Origin: Lama glama | Lineage: Eukaryota | Length of the DNA: 64,000 nt | Reading direction: 5' to 3' | NCBI GenBank assembly: GCA_028534125.1 | Contig: CM052816.1 | Location: 24,306,001-24,370,000, forward strand | Shown: positions 36,301 to 50,547 of the stretch, in pieces | Layout: each line of letters opens with the position of its first letter | Numbering within the stretch: the first letter of the stretch is position 1 | Position numbers and translations under genes: made by a program | Notes under the pieces: model-generated | What the model saw: the letters and a program-made list of their open reading frames with translations, nothing else | Told to the model about the DNA's origin: nothing | The model's database searches: none

Positions 36301-37864
36301 GCACAAAGGTGTAAAACACCAAGAAGTGTTTCACACAACTTTCTAATTTTAATTACTCTGTTTTAAAAAAGACAGAGGGCAAAGAATACTATATCAAACA
36401 GGTGTGTATCCTCCACCTAGAAATAACGAATGCTACCGTTTTGTGAGTAATATGCCTTTCAAAGAATGGCCTCTTGAGGAGACATGGAGAGAAGGTCTGT
36501 CCCCTCCACTAAGTCATCCTCACGCAGTCTAAATACAGGAGACAATTCAGCCAGGTTTTCCTTAGGCACATCGGGCCAAGAACAAGAAGTGGACAACATG
36601 AGACGGATAATCCTGAAAGACTCTGGACTCTCTGAGCTAAGTCCAAACGTGAGGACAGCTAGTACAGGTAGGGCTGGCCACCAAGGGGTCCATGTCTTTG
36701 AAAGGCCGACATTTAGACATCAGCGTGGGCGTTCAGCCAGTCGGGGAGGTGGAGGTGAAAGTGTCCCTGGGCAGCTGGTAAGAGAGCTTTGTAAAGTGGG
36801 GTCTGATGGAGAAGCAGTGAAATGTCACCGAATGATTGCGTCCGGTAATCATCTCTCTCCTGAGTCCTGCCGAAATAACAAAGCACGGCTCGCTCACGGG
36901 AACTGCCCTGTGCACGTAGAAGGCACCAGGTTGAACTGAAGGGAGACGTAAATTGCATAAGGCCTGGTGCAGACTTCAGATGCAAAGAATCACAGAATAT
37001 GCATAAAACTCCCTGCTGAGGGCCTCTACCTGCCTTCCTCTTGCCTTTTCAGTTTTTAGTGTCAACTCCTGACACTTTTAACTCTGGAGAAAGACTACAC
37101 ATTTTTAAACAAATAATGGTGTGAAATACTGTGCGCGGTACATGATTATGGTTAAATGCTGCCTAATGGACAATTATATTTGAATGAGCAAAGTGGAGAA
37201 GTATCTTCAGTTAGGCAGTGGGAGATCAGTGGTCACTTGTTCACCGAATAACACCCTGCTTTGCTCATTTGTGGTGAGAACTACGTTTTCTAGACTAGGC
37301 ATAGATCTTGACATGACACTGCGATCCAGTGGCGTTCACTAATTTCACTTGGAGCCCATCTATTTTTATCCTTAAGATGTTCACACCCCAGAGTGTTTTC
37401 TTCTTAAATTATTTAACCATTTCCGGGCAAAGGGAAAATATGACATGCTATACACATTATGTAACCATTTCCTTTGAATGCCTCAGGTATCCCTAACAGA
37501 CACTATCCCACTTTGTAGATGAGTAAGCTGAGACTCTGAGATATTGTTGTTGTTCAGAGATCTTAAATACCTTCGGCCACAGGGCTAGTAAGTGGAGAAG
37601 GCAGGAGAAGAATCCAAGTCCCTCTGGCCCCTGAGTCCGTGCACTTCCCACCACACCTGGCTTCTTCCTTCCTGGCTCAAGGCTATTTTCTCTCCCTCGC
37701 TCACTGACACCCCCGGGCACAAGCACGCACAGAACAAGGGCTTCCTTACCAACAACCAGCATTTCTAAGGGACTAGATGTGCTGCAGAAAGGGGAGAATG
37801 AAAAAAGTGGATTGAAGCCCTGATCTCCTCTGGATGTTGACTTCGTCTATTAAATCCAGAGCTG

Positions 37865-38190
37865 TTAGTGAGGAAGGAGGGTTGAATAGGTAGAGCAGAG
37901 AGGATTTTTAGAGCAGTGAACCTATGCTGTACGATACCACAGTGGTGGCTACATAGCATTATTTGTCCAAACCCACACAATGTGCACCCAGAGTGAAACC
38001 CAATGTAAACTGCGTACTTTGGGTGATTGTATCATGTCAATGTAGGTCCATCGATCCTAACAAATGGACCACTGTCAGGGGAGGGTGTTGATAATGGGGG
38101 AGGCAGAGGGTATAAGGGGAACTCTCGGTAGTCTCCACTCAATTCTGCTGTGAATCTAAAACTGCTCTAAAAAACAAAGGGGAAAAAAAC
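37865..38190 (+). mobile_element. L1MC-like 3' end
   Basis: gaataggtagagcagagaggatttttagagcagtgaa..gagtgaaacccaatgtaaact..tgctgtgaatctaaaactgctctaaaaa. Confidence 0.8.
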
Positions 38191-39734
38191 CGCACTGTGC
38201 CAGATTGAGTGCTGGGATGGTGCAATGGCATTCCTCCTCTGTGCCTCTGATGCCCGAGTCTAGTTGGGAACCAAAGCTCTTAGGTACACCTCCCTACTAG
38301 AAGCCAGAAGAGTCATTCTTCATTTCCAAGGGACCTGACATACCCTTTCTCTTTTCCTTTTCATCTAGTTACTCTGCCTCTGCATTTGAGTCTTTATTTC
38401 AGTAAATGGTTATGTCATCCATTTCTTCTGTGATCTCTCCTAAGGGAGAGATGTTATGACAAAGCCTGATGAACTCAAAATGCTTCCAAGCCTTCTCCCT
38501 CCTTTCAGGAACAGGTCGTGAAGGTTCACCCCTCATATGGCTGTACACACTTGTAAGGTGAATTCCTTTGAAGACCGGCATCTGGCTAATTAGATTGGTA
38601 GAACTGGTTTTCCCACTCATGAAGGAAAACACAGGTTTTTCTCTTGAATTATTTATAGAATTGCCTCGGTTCTTTGCTGGACATTCTTGACAGGTGCAAC
38701 AGATTTGGGGAAAGATAAGAAAGACCCTATTGGGTCTTACGGCTTTGCATTCCTCCTCTGTTGTTCACTGAATGTACCTTCCCATGTGGGGCCTCATCAC
38801 TGCCTGCCTTCATTTGTGAAGAGATGGGGACCCCATGAGATTGTCTGGGAAAAAACCGTTTCTTGCCATCCATTATCACAGAGCTGGGGGTATATGTTTA
38901 CACCATGATGGATATATGAGAGGAAAATTATGTTTGTGTGTGTATAACATGGGCGGGGGGGAATGCTTTTGAAGCTTTTAATTTAGAATACTGAAAAACA
39001 GGGTTAATTCTTAGGTGTGCCACTGATGAAATGTGCTCAGGTCTGTTTGTAGATTGAGGTCAGATTAAAAGGAGAAAATGAAATATTTCCTACTCATTAT
39101 GTTATCATCACTTCACTTCCAGCAATGCTGTTAGAGATGGAAGGCTGGCATCAATGGTGAAATTCAAAAATTTTTAGGACTCTGAGGAAAAATGGCTAGT
39201 CTAGTATATATGAAATGCAGCTGGCAGGTAGCAACAGCGGGAAAGTTGTAAAAAAGAATTTATAGGCATTAAGGACTAATATCTGTGTAGAATCAATAAA
39301 AGCAGAAATCAGGAGATGAAGAGAAAATGTTCACTATCCTAGAAGATTATGCCGCCCCTCCCAGCACTCCGCCTACTTCCAAAGGCTAGCTCTTTGCGTG
39401 AAGGCTGGTAGGTGATGGAAGAAAAGGCATGAGAGATGAAAGTAATAAAATGGCTCTAATATTTTTCTAAACACTGGCTCATCTCCTTAAAAGCTATGAC
39501 TTTAATGTTGACACCCAGAAGTTATCCGTTCATCAAAACACACTATTTTCAGCTGTTTGCAAGACGTACCTGACAGATACCTATATCTGAAAAATAACCC
39601 TATTAGATGAAGACGTGGCAAAGCGGAAGGAAATATCTACAAATCAGAATCCCTGCAAGCGGAGGGACTCTTCGGGGAAATCTACAGGACACTTCAAATT
39701 ATTTTTACCAAAGATGTCTTCCAGTCTCAGATTT

Positions 39735-40078
39735 TTAAAACACCTCAATTCACATACAAGTCATACACCATACAGTTCATGGATTTGAAGTGTACAACTC
39801 AGTGACATTTAGTGTGTTCACAGAGTTGTGGAATCACCATCACAATCAATTTTAGACCATTTTCCAGCTCCCTAAAAAGAAACCTCACACACTTCAGCCT
39901 TCACTCTCCAGTCCTCAGATCCCCATCCCCACCCCTCCCCCAGACCCCCGGCAACCAAGACTCTCTTTTATTTCTCTATGGATTTGCCTATTCGGGACAT
40001 TTCCTAACAATGGAACCCTGCAGTATGTGGTCTTCTGTGACTGGTTTCCTTCACATAACAAAATGTTTGCAAGGTCCA
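39735..40078 (-). mobile_element. L1MB-like 3' end
   Basis: aagtgtacaactcagtg..ttcacagagttgtg..atcaattttagaccatttt..tctatggatttgcctatt. Confidence 0.78.
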
Positions 40079-43000
40079 GTCTCAGATTCATAGAAAATGT
40101 ACCTTAACCTTCCTTGCTATCACCATCATTTTATTTTTGACTTCCTGTCAATATCCTATTTACTTTAAATACTACTCCTACTCGTAGACACTGTCAGGTA
40201 CCGAGTCCTAACCCTGTGCCACTGTGCCAGGTACTTTTGTGTTCTATCTGTAGGTACAACCTTCTGCACTTTAGAAAGGAGGAAACTGGCACAGAGACGT
40301 GAATGGTTTCTTCCCCTCTTAAAGATTTGCCTTTTCCCCATCACAATTTATGTGATGAAACCCTGTTCAGTTTTTCTTTAACTCATATTGTGTGGAAATC
40401 ATTTGTGCATTGATTTTTTTTTATGTTGTCTGAATTTTTGCCATCTTTGTCCAGTAAAAGTCCTTTTTTTCTTCAAGCTCTTTAACTCAGTTTGGTTGCT
40501 TTCATGATTCTGTTGCCCTACAACTACACAGTCAATTTTTTAAATATCACATTTTGTGCCCTAGGTTGATTTTTTTTTAAAACAGGGTCTAAGAAGGAAT
40601 TATGAATTCTCAGAAGACAATCAAATCCTACTGCCCATATTCTTAAATCCATCCAAGCTCAGAAAGTCAGACTAGAGCAAAAAGTGTCTTAAGACAGTTT
40701 AGGAAAATGTTCTAGAACAGCACTGCTTCTCCTCAGATATGTTTGAGAATCTGATAAAACCTTGAACTCTTTCCCCTGAAATGCCCAGATACCCAGCGTT
40801 CAATTAAAGTCACAAAGAGGGATACAGGTTTTCTGAACCCCTACACCCAGGGTCAAGGACCTCGACCTAGAAAGACAGTTATGTAAACTGCAGGGGAACA
40901 CGTAGATTTCCCCAAGACATCTTTTACACCCTTAAAATGTTTTAAGCATGAAAAGTAAGGGGAACTTCACTGCAAATCTCTTTTGTAAGAAGGCCACATC
41001 ATAATTCTGTGGGTGCCACAGAAGTGGACATGATTTGCTAGCCTTGAAGGAAGAGCTGGTGATTCAGCTATGCACATATACTGGACTGGGCTAGTTATTA
41101 ACTTGGGTTCTTCCATGGTTGGCTTGGTTCTGCCATGGGGATACGTGTCTCAGGATCACTCAAGCTAGAAATGCATGTGTGTCTCCCGGCTGGAGTAGAG
41201 CTTTCCCACAGAGAGCAACCGTGTCCATCCAGCCACTCTCCTGGTTGCCCTTCTATCAATGCCAGTCCTTGACGTCATGATCCCTGTCACTAAGCTACTG
41301 CCTCTACCCTTTCAGAGTGTCTTCCCTGAAGACAGCCCTGTGAGATGTGTAGCAAAATGGTCCACAAACATTGAACATAATCAAGAGATGTAATGCCAAC
41401 AAAATGGAAGCCAACGCCCTTACCTCATATAACATGACGACGTGTTGTCACCTGGTAGTCTGGTATTCTGGGCCCCCTACCTAATAAAGGATATCTGAAA
41501 AGCCCAGGGGAGCAATAAAAACAGGTTTCTGGGGTGGTCTGGACAGAAAGAGGGAGACTGTTTCATGCGGATGTGAGGACGCTAAGGAAGGGCATGTCTG
41601 AGATCTGAAAAATCATGAATAGCTTAGATAAAGTGAACATGGAGTGCACAGCATGATCCAAAGTACTAGAATGCTGGTGGGCTCCCTTTGAAATATGAGA
41701 GTGGGAGTGTCCAACAAAAATAAAGGGTCCTACCAAATACAGCAACTCATGCACGTAAGCCATTGCCTCAAGTGGGACCTTGAGAGATTCCAGATGGATC
41801 CGTTGCTAGCTCCGATGTGTCTAACGTCCATAAGGTCAGACAGGCCCTAAATATTTGGGGAACTTTTTGGCAGCAAAACTTTGGCCTGTAAGTAGTGGGA
41901 ATCTGAAGTTCCTCTGCTCTCACAGTCGGCCATCTAGCAGAAACTTCCCTTTCTCAATGTTCCTGTTCCTGCTTGCTTTGGGAATATGTGGCCCTGGTGA
42001 GAAAGTCTCTTCTGTCCTTTATTTTACACACGTCATATTTTGTTGAAACCCCGCCACTACACTCAACTTGGGTAATTTTCAGACCCACATTCTCACCACC
42101 TCCAAGGGACATAGATCTTTCAGTGTGGTCCCCTTTTGAGGTCTTGGCTGTCAATTTGATTTCTCCTTCTCTCTTCCTTTAAACATCCTCAATTCTCAAA
42201 ACAGAGATTTATTATCCTTATTCCTGTTATTCATCATGTTCTCATATTTGTCCTGTGTTCCAACTGGGGCTCTTACTTGGTGCCCCATCGGGGCACCTGT
42301 TACCCCATGATCCTGTCTTACTGCTAGCAGTAATTACTCAGAGCTTCAGAAACCTGGGCTCCAACAGCAGGCCAGCAGAAGGGGTGTCGGATGCCAGCTA
42401 CTCTACCAGCTGGAGGGCCAGGGGCCCCATAAGATCTAAAAGAAAGCAGCGCTCAGGAGACTGTGAGCTGTATGTGTCCTGTTTATAACAGACTACATGG
42501 TATGAATCCACTGTCTCGCCAGGTAATCATTTTTATTTCTGGCACTATACACTTTATTTATCAATTTCTTCCAGAAATTTCTGTTTGCTTGCTCTCCATC
42601 CTCTCTTGGCTGTTTATCTCATCTTCTCATGTTTCTGGCTTCACACTGATCACATATGCCACATAATTCTGCAGTATCTTCTCGTGTTTCAGATAAGCAA
42701 TCTCCATTTGGCTGTGATCACTTCTGCACAGCAATGATCTTAAATAATTAGAGTGAAATGATTCCCATTTTGCTTATCTCTGAAATTGCAAGTGAATATA
42801 TAGAATTATTTTGCCATCTAACCCTGCTGTGCTGCTAATCCTATCTTTGGAAAATTTCACACCATTGGTTTGAGTGTGTGGAGTGTTTGTTTAAATAATG
42901 CTGAAGCCAAATTCTAATGTTCCAGACACAAATACAGTATTTCTGGAGAACATTATAGCCCATTAATTGGCTTATTGGCTTGAGTCCTCCAGGGAGCGCC

Positions 43001-43209
43001 AGAAGTCTCCAGGGTGTCCTTGAGTATGACGGACGCTTTGGCCAGATCACAGCTGGGAATGCCCGAGTAACTGTGAAGTGTGTGTCTGTGGCAAAAATTA
43101 CTTTACTGTATTTTATCAGAAGAGTCGGGTTGAGGGGTGATCTTATATATATGTATAGATTTCAGTTAAACTCATCTGATGTCTCTACTCAAAGCGATCC
43201 TCTGGTCGG

Positions 43210-44620
43210 GAAGCATTTATCTACTTCTTTGACCAATATTTATCAAGTACAAATTAAATATTTTCGGAAGTGCGGATGTAACTGTGAACAGGGCAGAAGC
43301 ACGCTGTGTACTAACAGAGCTTACCTGCTAGGAAGACAGACAGAACAAACACAGAAATAAATCGAAAGCTTACTCCTCATAGTGATGAAAGTCATGAAGG
43401 AAGAAAGAGGCTGTTGTGGGAAAGAATAATGGGGGTGAGAGAAAGTGGGAGTTGTGAAGGCCTCTCTAAAGAGGTGACACATGAGCAGAGGCACAACTGA
43501 TAAGATGGAACTGGCCGTGCAAGGAAGAGCAGCACGCAGGAGGAACAGCCACTGCAAAGGCCCTGAGGCAGGCCAGTTCGCTTTTCTGAAGCAGGAAAAA
43601 ACAAAAGGCGCTAGATTTCAAGGTGCTTAACCTGCCGTCTGCTGAAGCCTATGTGTCTCTTCTCAGAATCCTGTTTTTCATGGCATAAGATAAAATACAT
43701 AGGAATGCACAGAACACCAATGACATCATAATACAGATATCAAAATATTTAAAAGACAGAGCTGTGATATAAAAGATAAATGCTGTTTTAACACATTCTA
43801 TAGATCTAATAACTAACTATGAAGTGGCAGTTTGTCAACAGATATACAACCGTTGTCATGTGATATGAAATAGCTGTGATTTCTCTTGGTGACAAAGTCA
43901 GAGGTACTGATCATGCCACCGAGGCTCTCTGCATAGCTCAATGAAAGACTGTGAAAATAAAGGTGTGGTTTTTTTTCTTCCCATCTTAAAATCACAGATC
44001 CCATAAATCCCATCCTTGGACCCCTTGGGGTCTGTGGCGCCCGGGGTAAAAACACGTGGGCCACGTGACGCAGGCTTGGTGGGCCGTGACAAGGTGGTGT
44101 TAGGCTCAGTGAGAGGGGGAGCCACTGGGGAATTTTAAGCAAGGGAAGTGGCATGATCATGCTGCTTCATATATAGAAACTGGATTCTAGGATAACGGGA
44201 GTATAACAGTGAGGCGACTTACATGGTTCAGGTGAGAGATGAGGGTGACCTGGAAAAGAGTAGAGGCCCTCGAGAGACAGAGATGGGAACACGTTCAAGA
44301 TGTGTTCCAGAAGAACTTCCAGGACCCGCTGATGCATTGGAAAGAGGGGGCAGGGTCTGGGGGAGGGGAGAGTAAGGCTGGGGCAGAGGTGTTTACACCA
44401 GGTGCTGGCATGGGCCCTACTGGTGTGGGACCACCTGGGAGAGAAGTCAGTTTGTGGGAGAGTCAGGGCGGTGGCGGAGAATCCAGTGTTCCATCATGGA
44501 CCTTGTGAAGTCTGGGATGTTTATCACACAAATGGAGAGAGCCCTAGTAAGCAGCAGACACACCAGCCTGGAGCGCAGGAGAGAGCTGGGCAGAAAGGTG
44601 ATGTGTCTACTTTGAGGTCA
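43210..44620 (-). mobile_element. L2 LINE remnant with an inserted hAT-Charlie (MER119-like) element at about 43619-44060
   Basis: L2 motifs gaaggcctctct..gaggtgaca..tgcaaaggccctgaggcagg resume at tgagaggggga gccactgggg..ttttaagca. The insert has ctgaagcctatg..ttctcagaat..aaaatacatagga and ggaccccttggggtc. Confidence 0.6.
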
Positions 44621-44631
44621 AACCTGATGGC

Positions 44632-44775
44632 TTTTTTTTTAACTGAAGTATAGTCAGTTACAATGTGTCAGTTTCTGATGTACAGCACAGTGTCCCAGTC
44701 ATGCATTTACATACATACATTTGTTTTCATATTCTCTTTCATTATAGGTTACAAGATATTGAGTAGAGTTCCCTG
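44632..44775 (-). mobile_element. Short L1 3' fragment (camelid type)
   Basis: Poly(T), then actgaagtatagtcagttacaatgtgtcagtttctg..gttccctg. TSD aacctgatg at 44621 and 44776. Confidence 0.85.
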
Positions 44776-45699
44776 AACCTGATGTTTTGAACAGAAGTGG
44801 GAACTTAAGGCAACTAGAGAGGGTCCTTCACCACTCCTCTCGAAGCTGCACCTTCCCTCCTCCGTTGAGGGAGACCCCCCATTTTCCACTCCCCCAGCGA
44901 GGTGACAACTTGATAAAAGTCACACAGCATGAGGGGAACCAGGAGGGGGCCCCGTCCTGTCTCCTGCTTCCAAGCCCGTGTTTCATCCCTACGCAGTGTG
45001 CTCCTCCAACCGTATCCATCATAGGAACAAACAAAGATGAGGGTCAAGGTTTTATGTGGCACAAAAGCAAGCTGAAGAAAGGAGGGGAAAGAACAGTAGG
45101 CTGGAGATTTCAAATACTGGCTCCTCCACCAGGCAACCTTGAACAAGCCACTTAATATCCTAATTCGAAATGGGAATAATAACGCCACCTATTAAATTTA
45201 ATAAAAATATCTTGCACATAAAAAAGCACTCAGTACATTTTTTCGGTTGAACTTGGGTTGTGTAATTTTTAAATGGACATTTGGTATTGTCTTTTTCTCA
45301 TACATTTCAAGGTAATTTTTGTCTAGAAAAGAAAAGATAGTAATTGTGACTAAAACAGTCCAAAGGACCTTGAATAATGTACTGGATTTCTCATGCTACT
45401 TCCATGACCTATGGAAAAAGAGCTGGTATTCCATGATTATTTACATCTTAGGAAAAGAAGCTTGAATAGAAACTACAGGTTTTTCACCTTGCAGCAAGAA
45501 AGCACTGTGTAGATATTTCTCTTGGGGACCTAAAAGGAGCAGTAACATAAGGAATGCTCTCTCTATCCAGAAGGCTAAAAGCAGTGAACTTCAAAACTTG
45601 ATGTTTGCCTGCCAGCAAAGTTTCTCCTTACCACTTGATTTAATCAGTCTGACCGATATTGTAGATCATTTCCGGTGGGGGCTCCTGGCATCTCGGGTG

Positions 45700-46610
45700 C
45701 TTATTCATTCATTTTCATTAAGCATTTACTATGTTCTAGCGCTGTTCTTGGACTGAGGCATACAAAATGAAGTCCTGCCAGCATGGAGTGCCCACTGAAG
45801 TAGGGAGCAAGAAATAAACAAGTAATCAAAACAACAGATACACAGCATCATTTCAGAAAGTGTCATGTGCCCTGTAGAAAATACAGCCAGGTGATGTTCA
45901 CAGGTACAAGGAGGGTTTTCAGTGAGAAGGTGCCATCTGAGCTGAGACCTAGATGATAGGCAGGAACCAACTGTGCAAGAACGCAGGCAAAGCCTGTTCC
46001 CCATATAGGAACAGCCACATGTCAAGTTGGAAACGAAGGAGGAGAAGTCATAAGAGACATACAGGGGAAGGCAGGGTTGAGGTCAGGTCTTCTTGTAGTC
46101 CCAGGTAAAGAGTTTGGACTTTAACCATTGGAGAGTTTTAAGCAAAGGAGCAATGTGACCTGATTTATTTATTTACGAGGTCCCTCTGACTGCTGTTTTG
46201 GAACTAGACTAGAGTGGGAGCAAGGAGGCTGTTGCCTCCCAAGGAGGAGGTGATGGTGGCTCAGGGATGGTGGCAGTGGAAATGGAAAGAGAGATGCACA
46301 GATTCCAGGTGTACATTGAAGGTTGTGCTGACCAGACTTCTGGAAAGGCTAGATGTGCAGGGTAAGACACAGAAAGGAAACAGGTTGACTGAGCGACTAG
46401 GTGGTTAGTGTTGTCATTTACTGATATGGAACCTTGCAGAAAAGATTGTGAGGTCAGTGCTAAATCAAGAGTTCTGTTTTGGACAGATTAAGTTTGAGCT
46501 GTCTATTAGTCATGTAAGCAGAGCTGTTGAGTGGGCCATAGAATGTGCACATCTGGAGCTTTGGAGAGAGGCCGAGGCTGGAGATTGGCATTTAGGGTCA
46601 CAAGCGAATC
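45700..46610 (-). mobile_element. L2 LINE remnant
   Basis: attcattc..aagcatttactatgttc..tgagctgagacct..gagtttggacttt..gagttctgttttggaca..aagtttgag. Confidence 0.75.
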
Positions 46611-48104
46611 ATCTGTGATGTTTCTGTTTGAGGTGCGTTGCTTCCAGCCTGGTTTGAGGGACACCTGGAGCGAGCATCCCCGTGGTTCCCCTGGAGTCAG
46701 AATTTCCTTCTGAGCAACTTCAGCTATTCTGGAAATTCACTGACAGACTATAGAGTTCGGGGATTAAAAACATTGGTGGGAGTGTAATTGTTTTTGTTCT
46801 CTGCTGTTTCAAGTTAGCTGAAATGCATGATTTTCAGGTTTTGTCTTCAAATCATGCAAAGGACCTGTCACCTGTTTTCTGATCTTCACATTGCCCCTTT
46901 CACATTGCAGCTCTCCAGGCAAGCAAGACAGCTTGGTGTAGGCTGTGCTGGGCTTCGAGAATAAGCCCCACCCCAGGCATTTGACAAGCGCTGGGTGAAT
47001 AACTGCCAAGTGTCAGATTAACAGGAGACACTCAGGCAGATAAACCCAAGTGAGCAAACGTTGTGAGACCATGCCTTCTTTTTCCTTTTTTTCCCACAGC
47101 ATAGATTTGTTATGGTTTCATCAGTTATTATCCCTTCTATCGGTTTCTGTCATTCTTGTGATGGTTTCTCATTAAGGAGATTCATGGAGAAGGTTGTAAT
47201 CGATCAGAGCTATTAGCCACCAGAGTGTAATCTGGTTCTAGCACAGACTGATCTGCACAATGTCCTGTCTACCTTGAGGCTTTAAGCCGATTAACTCAGA
47301 GTCTGGGAGGCAGGATCTAATGTCCTGTAGCACTGCACCCCCTTCACCCCTACCCACCAGTAAGGGAGTTAACAAATTGACATTGTAATTAGAATTGAAC
47401 CCACAGCTAACCCACCTTGAAAGTAACCACCCGCGCCTGGCTCACCTTGGATGTACGTTTACAGCCAGTGAATGATGCTGTGTTGCTGGGAGTAGATTAA
47501 TGTTGCTTTAATTCCCCCTGCTGCCTCGGGCCCCCCTCTGCTGGTTGGAGGTTTCTGTTTTGTTTAGTTGCTTGCTTGCTTGGTTGGTTGATTGGGTTTT
47601 GTACCTATTTCCAACAGTAGATCAATCTCATGGTTCACCAACAAGTTAGTAATTGGAATGAGATCGCCACATAAAAAGGCAGCTCGCTGCCAGGGCTTTC
47701 AATAGCACCGTCTCTGTCTGCTTTATGTCTCTGATGGGATCAGAGAACAAAATGAGGAAGGTGCCCTGGGCCGCCCACAGATCCCCCGGCAGCCATATGG
47801 GTGGGCCTGCCAGGTGAAAGACGCCAAGGAAATTAGTCACTCGATCACTGACATCAGCTTTTAAAATACAGCTAACCACCAAGGAGAAGCTGAAGACTAA
47901 GGTTAAACTAAAGACTCTTCAGGAATGATATTTTAGCTGCAAAAGCTGTCCATGAGAGGCAGGATGAATAAATTGGTATTTCGCACCAGGGGAAGCATGA
48001 CAGTAAATATTCCTTCTTGCACTGATAAAAACGGTTAAGGTACAGTCCTCCTCCTCCCCCTCCTTCACCCCCTACTTTTTTTTTTTTAACTAAGAGTAAT
48101 GATA

Positions 48105-48340
48105 TAATAGAGCAGTTAGGAGCACAGTCTTCGGAGCTAAGCTACACGGATCAAAGCCAAGGCCAAACTTCCACAAGTGATTTAACTTCTTTGTGCCTCA
48201 GTTTCCCTGTGTATAAAATGGTGGCGAGGATAATAGTACCTCTTTCAAAGATTATTGATGAGCAGATCAGTAACCACACGCAGTAGATAAGATGATGCTA
48301 AGCATAGTGTAAGGGCCGAGCAAACATAAGCTGCTGTCAT
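48105..48340 (+). mobile_element. MIR SINE
   Basis: Core ttaacttctttgtgcctcagtttccctgtgtataaaatgg..ataatagtacct. Confidence 0.75.
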
Positions 48341-48919
48341 TCATTCACCCGTGTCAGCGCTGACCGTGCTAGGGGCCAGTGATACAAAGGTAAGGGCACC
48401 GCAGGTCAAGGGGGAAGATGGACCTGCAGACACAGCTGCTGTTCCACCTCAGCCCGCTCTTTTCTGAATGTTTGGGACGTAAGGACGCTACTACGGAGTA
48501 GGTATAGTACTCCATGTGTGACAAGTATAACTGGTAAGGGAGGCGGAAGACACACAAGAGCAAGGATGGAACTGAACAACTGAGACCAGCCGTTTGTCTA
48601 TGATGAATTAAGCTAAAATGCATGATAATGAACCTGAGATTAAACACCCAGAAACTGGACCTCACTGTGATTTTAGGAAAGGAATTTACACAGAACAGAA
48701 CAGCAGCCTAAGAATATTTTATAAAATTACCATGATAACATCCTGGCCAGTCAACCATTCAGTTACCTGATGTACCAATAAAACAGCAGGACTTACCATA
48801 CCCCACCTAGCTGAAAATTTACAAAATATCTAGTGTGTGCCTGTGCAGCCCCACACACACACACAAATGCCATTTGGTGCAGAAAGAAAATGTAAGTATG
48901 GAAAGCATGGAACAGAGGA

Positions 48920-49125
48920 GTGAGGTTGGTTCGAATGTCACCTCTAATACCCACTTGCTATCTACCCTTAGGTGAGTTACTGAACTCCACTCCCCAGTAT
49001 CTGCATCTGTAAAACTGGGGTAAGGTAGCATCTGCCTCACAGGGTTACAGTGAAGAGTCAATGAGACATTGCACAATAAACTCCAAGTTTCTAGCTCTGG
49101 CTTGCCACAGCCTCGGCTCAGTATA
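48920..49125 (+). mobile_element. MIR SINE
   Basis: ggttcgaat..cacttgcta..catctgtaaaactggggtaa..cctcacagggtt. Confidence 0.7.
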
Positions 49126-49508
49126 GTTTATTTTATTGCTGTAGTTTGCTACTCACTAGCTGGACACCTCCCTCCCCCAGCTCCCTCCTCTCTCCCTCCT
49201 TCTTTCTGTCTGGATGTTTTGTACATAACTAATAGCTACATATATATTTACAGAGGCAATCCATGTTCATTTTAGAAAAACGAGAAAATACACACGAAAA
49301 GGAAAAAATTAAAGACCATTCTGATTCCACCACCGAGAGTAATGACTATTTTGCTATATACCCTCTGGCCTCGTCTGTGTAAATCCACAGCATCTGTGCA
49401 AATGTAAATGACCATGTGTATACAAATACATCACTACAGACAGGGTCATACTGTTCATTCTGTCTAGCAGAACTCTTTCCTGCTCAGCAGTATATCATGT
49501 CAGTAAAT

Positions 49509-49604
49509 ATAAAATGTACATTATCATTTGAAATGACTTTATGGTAGCTTGTTTTAATAAAATGTACATTATCATTTGAAATGACCTTATGGTAGTTTGT
49601 TTTA
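49509..49604. repeat. 48-bp tandem duplication (2 copies, 2 mismatches)
   Basis: ataaaatgtacattatcatttgaaatgac(t/c)ttatggtag(c/t)ttgtttta, twice. Confidence 0.95.
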
Positions 49605-50207
49605 AGTAAATTCCATAACATATTTAGACAATCCCCTATTGATGGAAATTTGAGGTGAAATCTACTTGTTTTCTGTTAGAAACTCCGTGTGTATAAATAT
49701 CCTATATCAACCTACGTGGCTACGTTGGCAGAGGTTCTTCCCAAGGCACAGGGCAATTTTTTTCGATATTGCCCCATCTTATTCATGGCACCTGATTTGT
49801 GTAAGAGATGAACAATACTTAGCGTTCTGAAGAAGTCACAGATTTTAACATCATAGAACCTGTTGGAAGAACTTCATATCTAAATATGAATATGACGCAG
49901 CAGCAAACAACCCAAAGAACAAACTGAGCCAAAAAAATATGTGTAGTGTTAATAAGGTGTGGAATCCAGGTATTGTGTGATCACAGACGTGTGAAATGGC
50001 CTGGAAGTATCTGAGGAATACAGAAGATCAAAGAACAATTAGAAAAGAGGAGACTAGGGAACAAGCATAGTAATTTCTGGTTTGCCCCTGCAATTTAGTT
50101 CACATCAGACAGCTCAGTAGGGATCCGTCTTTCCCTCCTTCCATTCCGAGTCTTTCGTGGAGAAATGTTAGGGGCCATGTAGATATGTAAAGTGCTAAGT
50201 TTATTTT

Positions 50208-50547
50208 TTTTTAAGAGGCTTTTCTTTGTTCCTTTTATTTATTTTTATTTTTTAACTTTTCATTCTTATTTTTTATTGAAGTCTAGTTGATTTACAATTA
50301 GTTTCATGTGTACAGCAAAGTGATAGTTATACATATACATATGTATATATATATATGCATATATTTTTGGATTCTTTTCCACTACAGCTCATTATGAGAA
50401 ATTGAATATAGTTCCCTGTGCTATACAGTAGGTCCTTGTTGTTTATCTGTTTTATATATAGTAATGTATATCTGTTAATCCCTAACTCCTAATCTGTCCC
50501 TCGGGCATGCTAAGCATGTGCTCTGCACTGAGCTATTATCCTCCCCC
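50208..50547 (-). mobile_element. Composite: camelid SINE 5' head fused to an L1 3'UTR tail
   Basis: Minus strand: ggggaggataatagctcagtgcagagcacatgcttagcatgcccgagg runs into gacagattaggagttaggg..L1 tail..poly(A). Flanked by tgctaagtt at 50193 and 50548. Confidence 0.8.

Noticed and set aside
35762..36939. 194-aa and 151-aa intronic ORFs
   Set aside because: No recognisable domain or exon structure, and the first has a non-ATG start. Lengths are compatible with chance in 64 kb.
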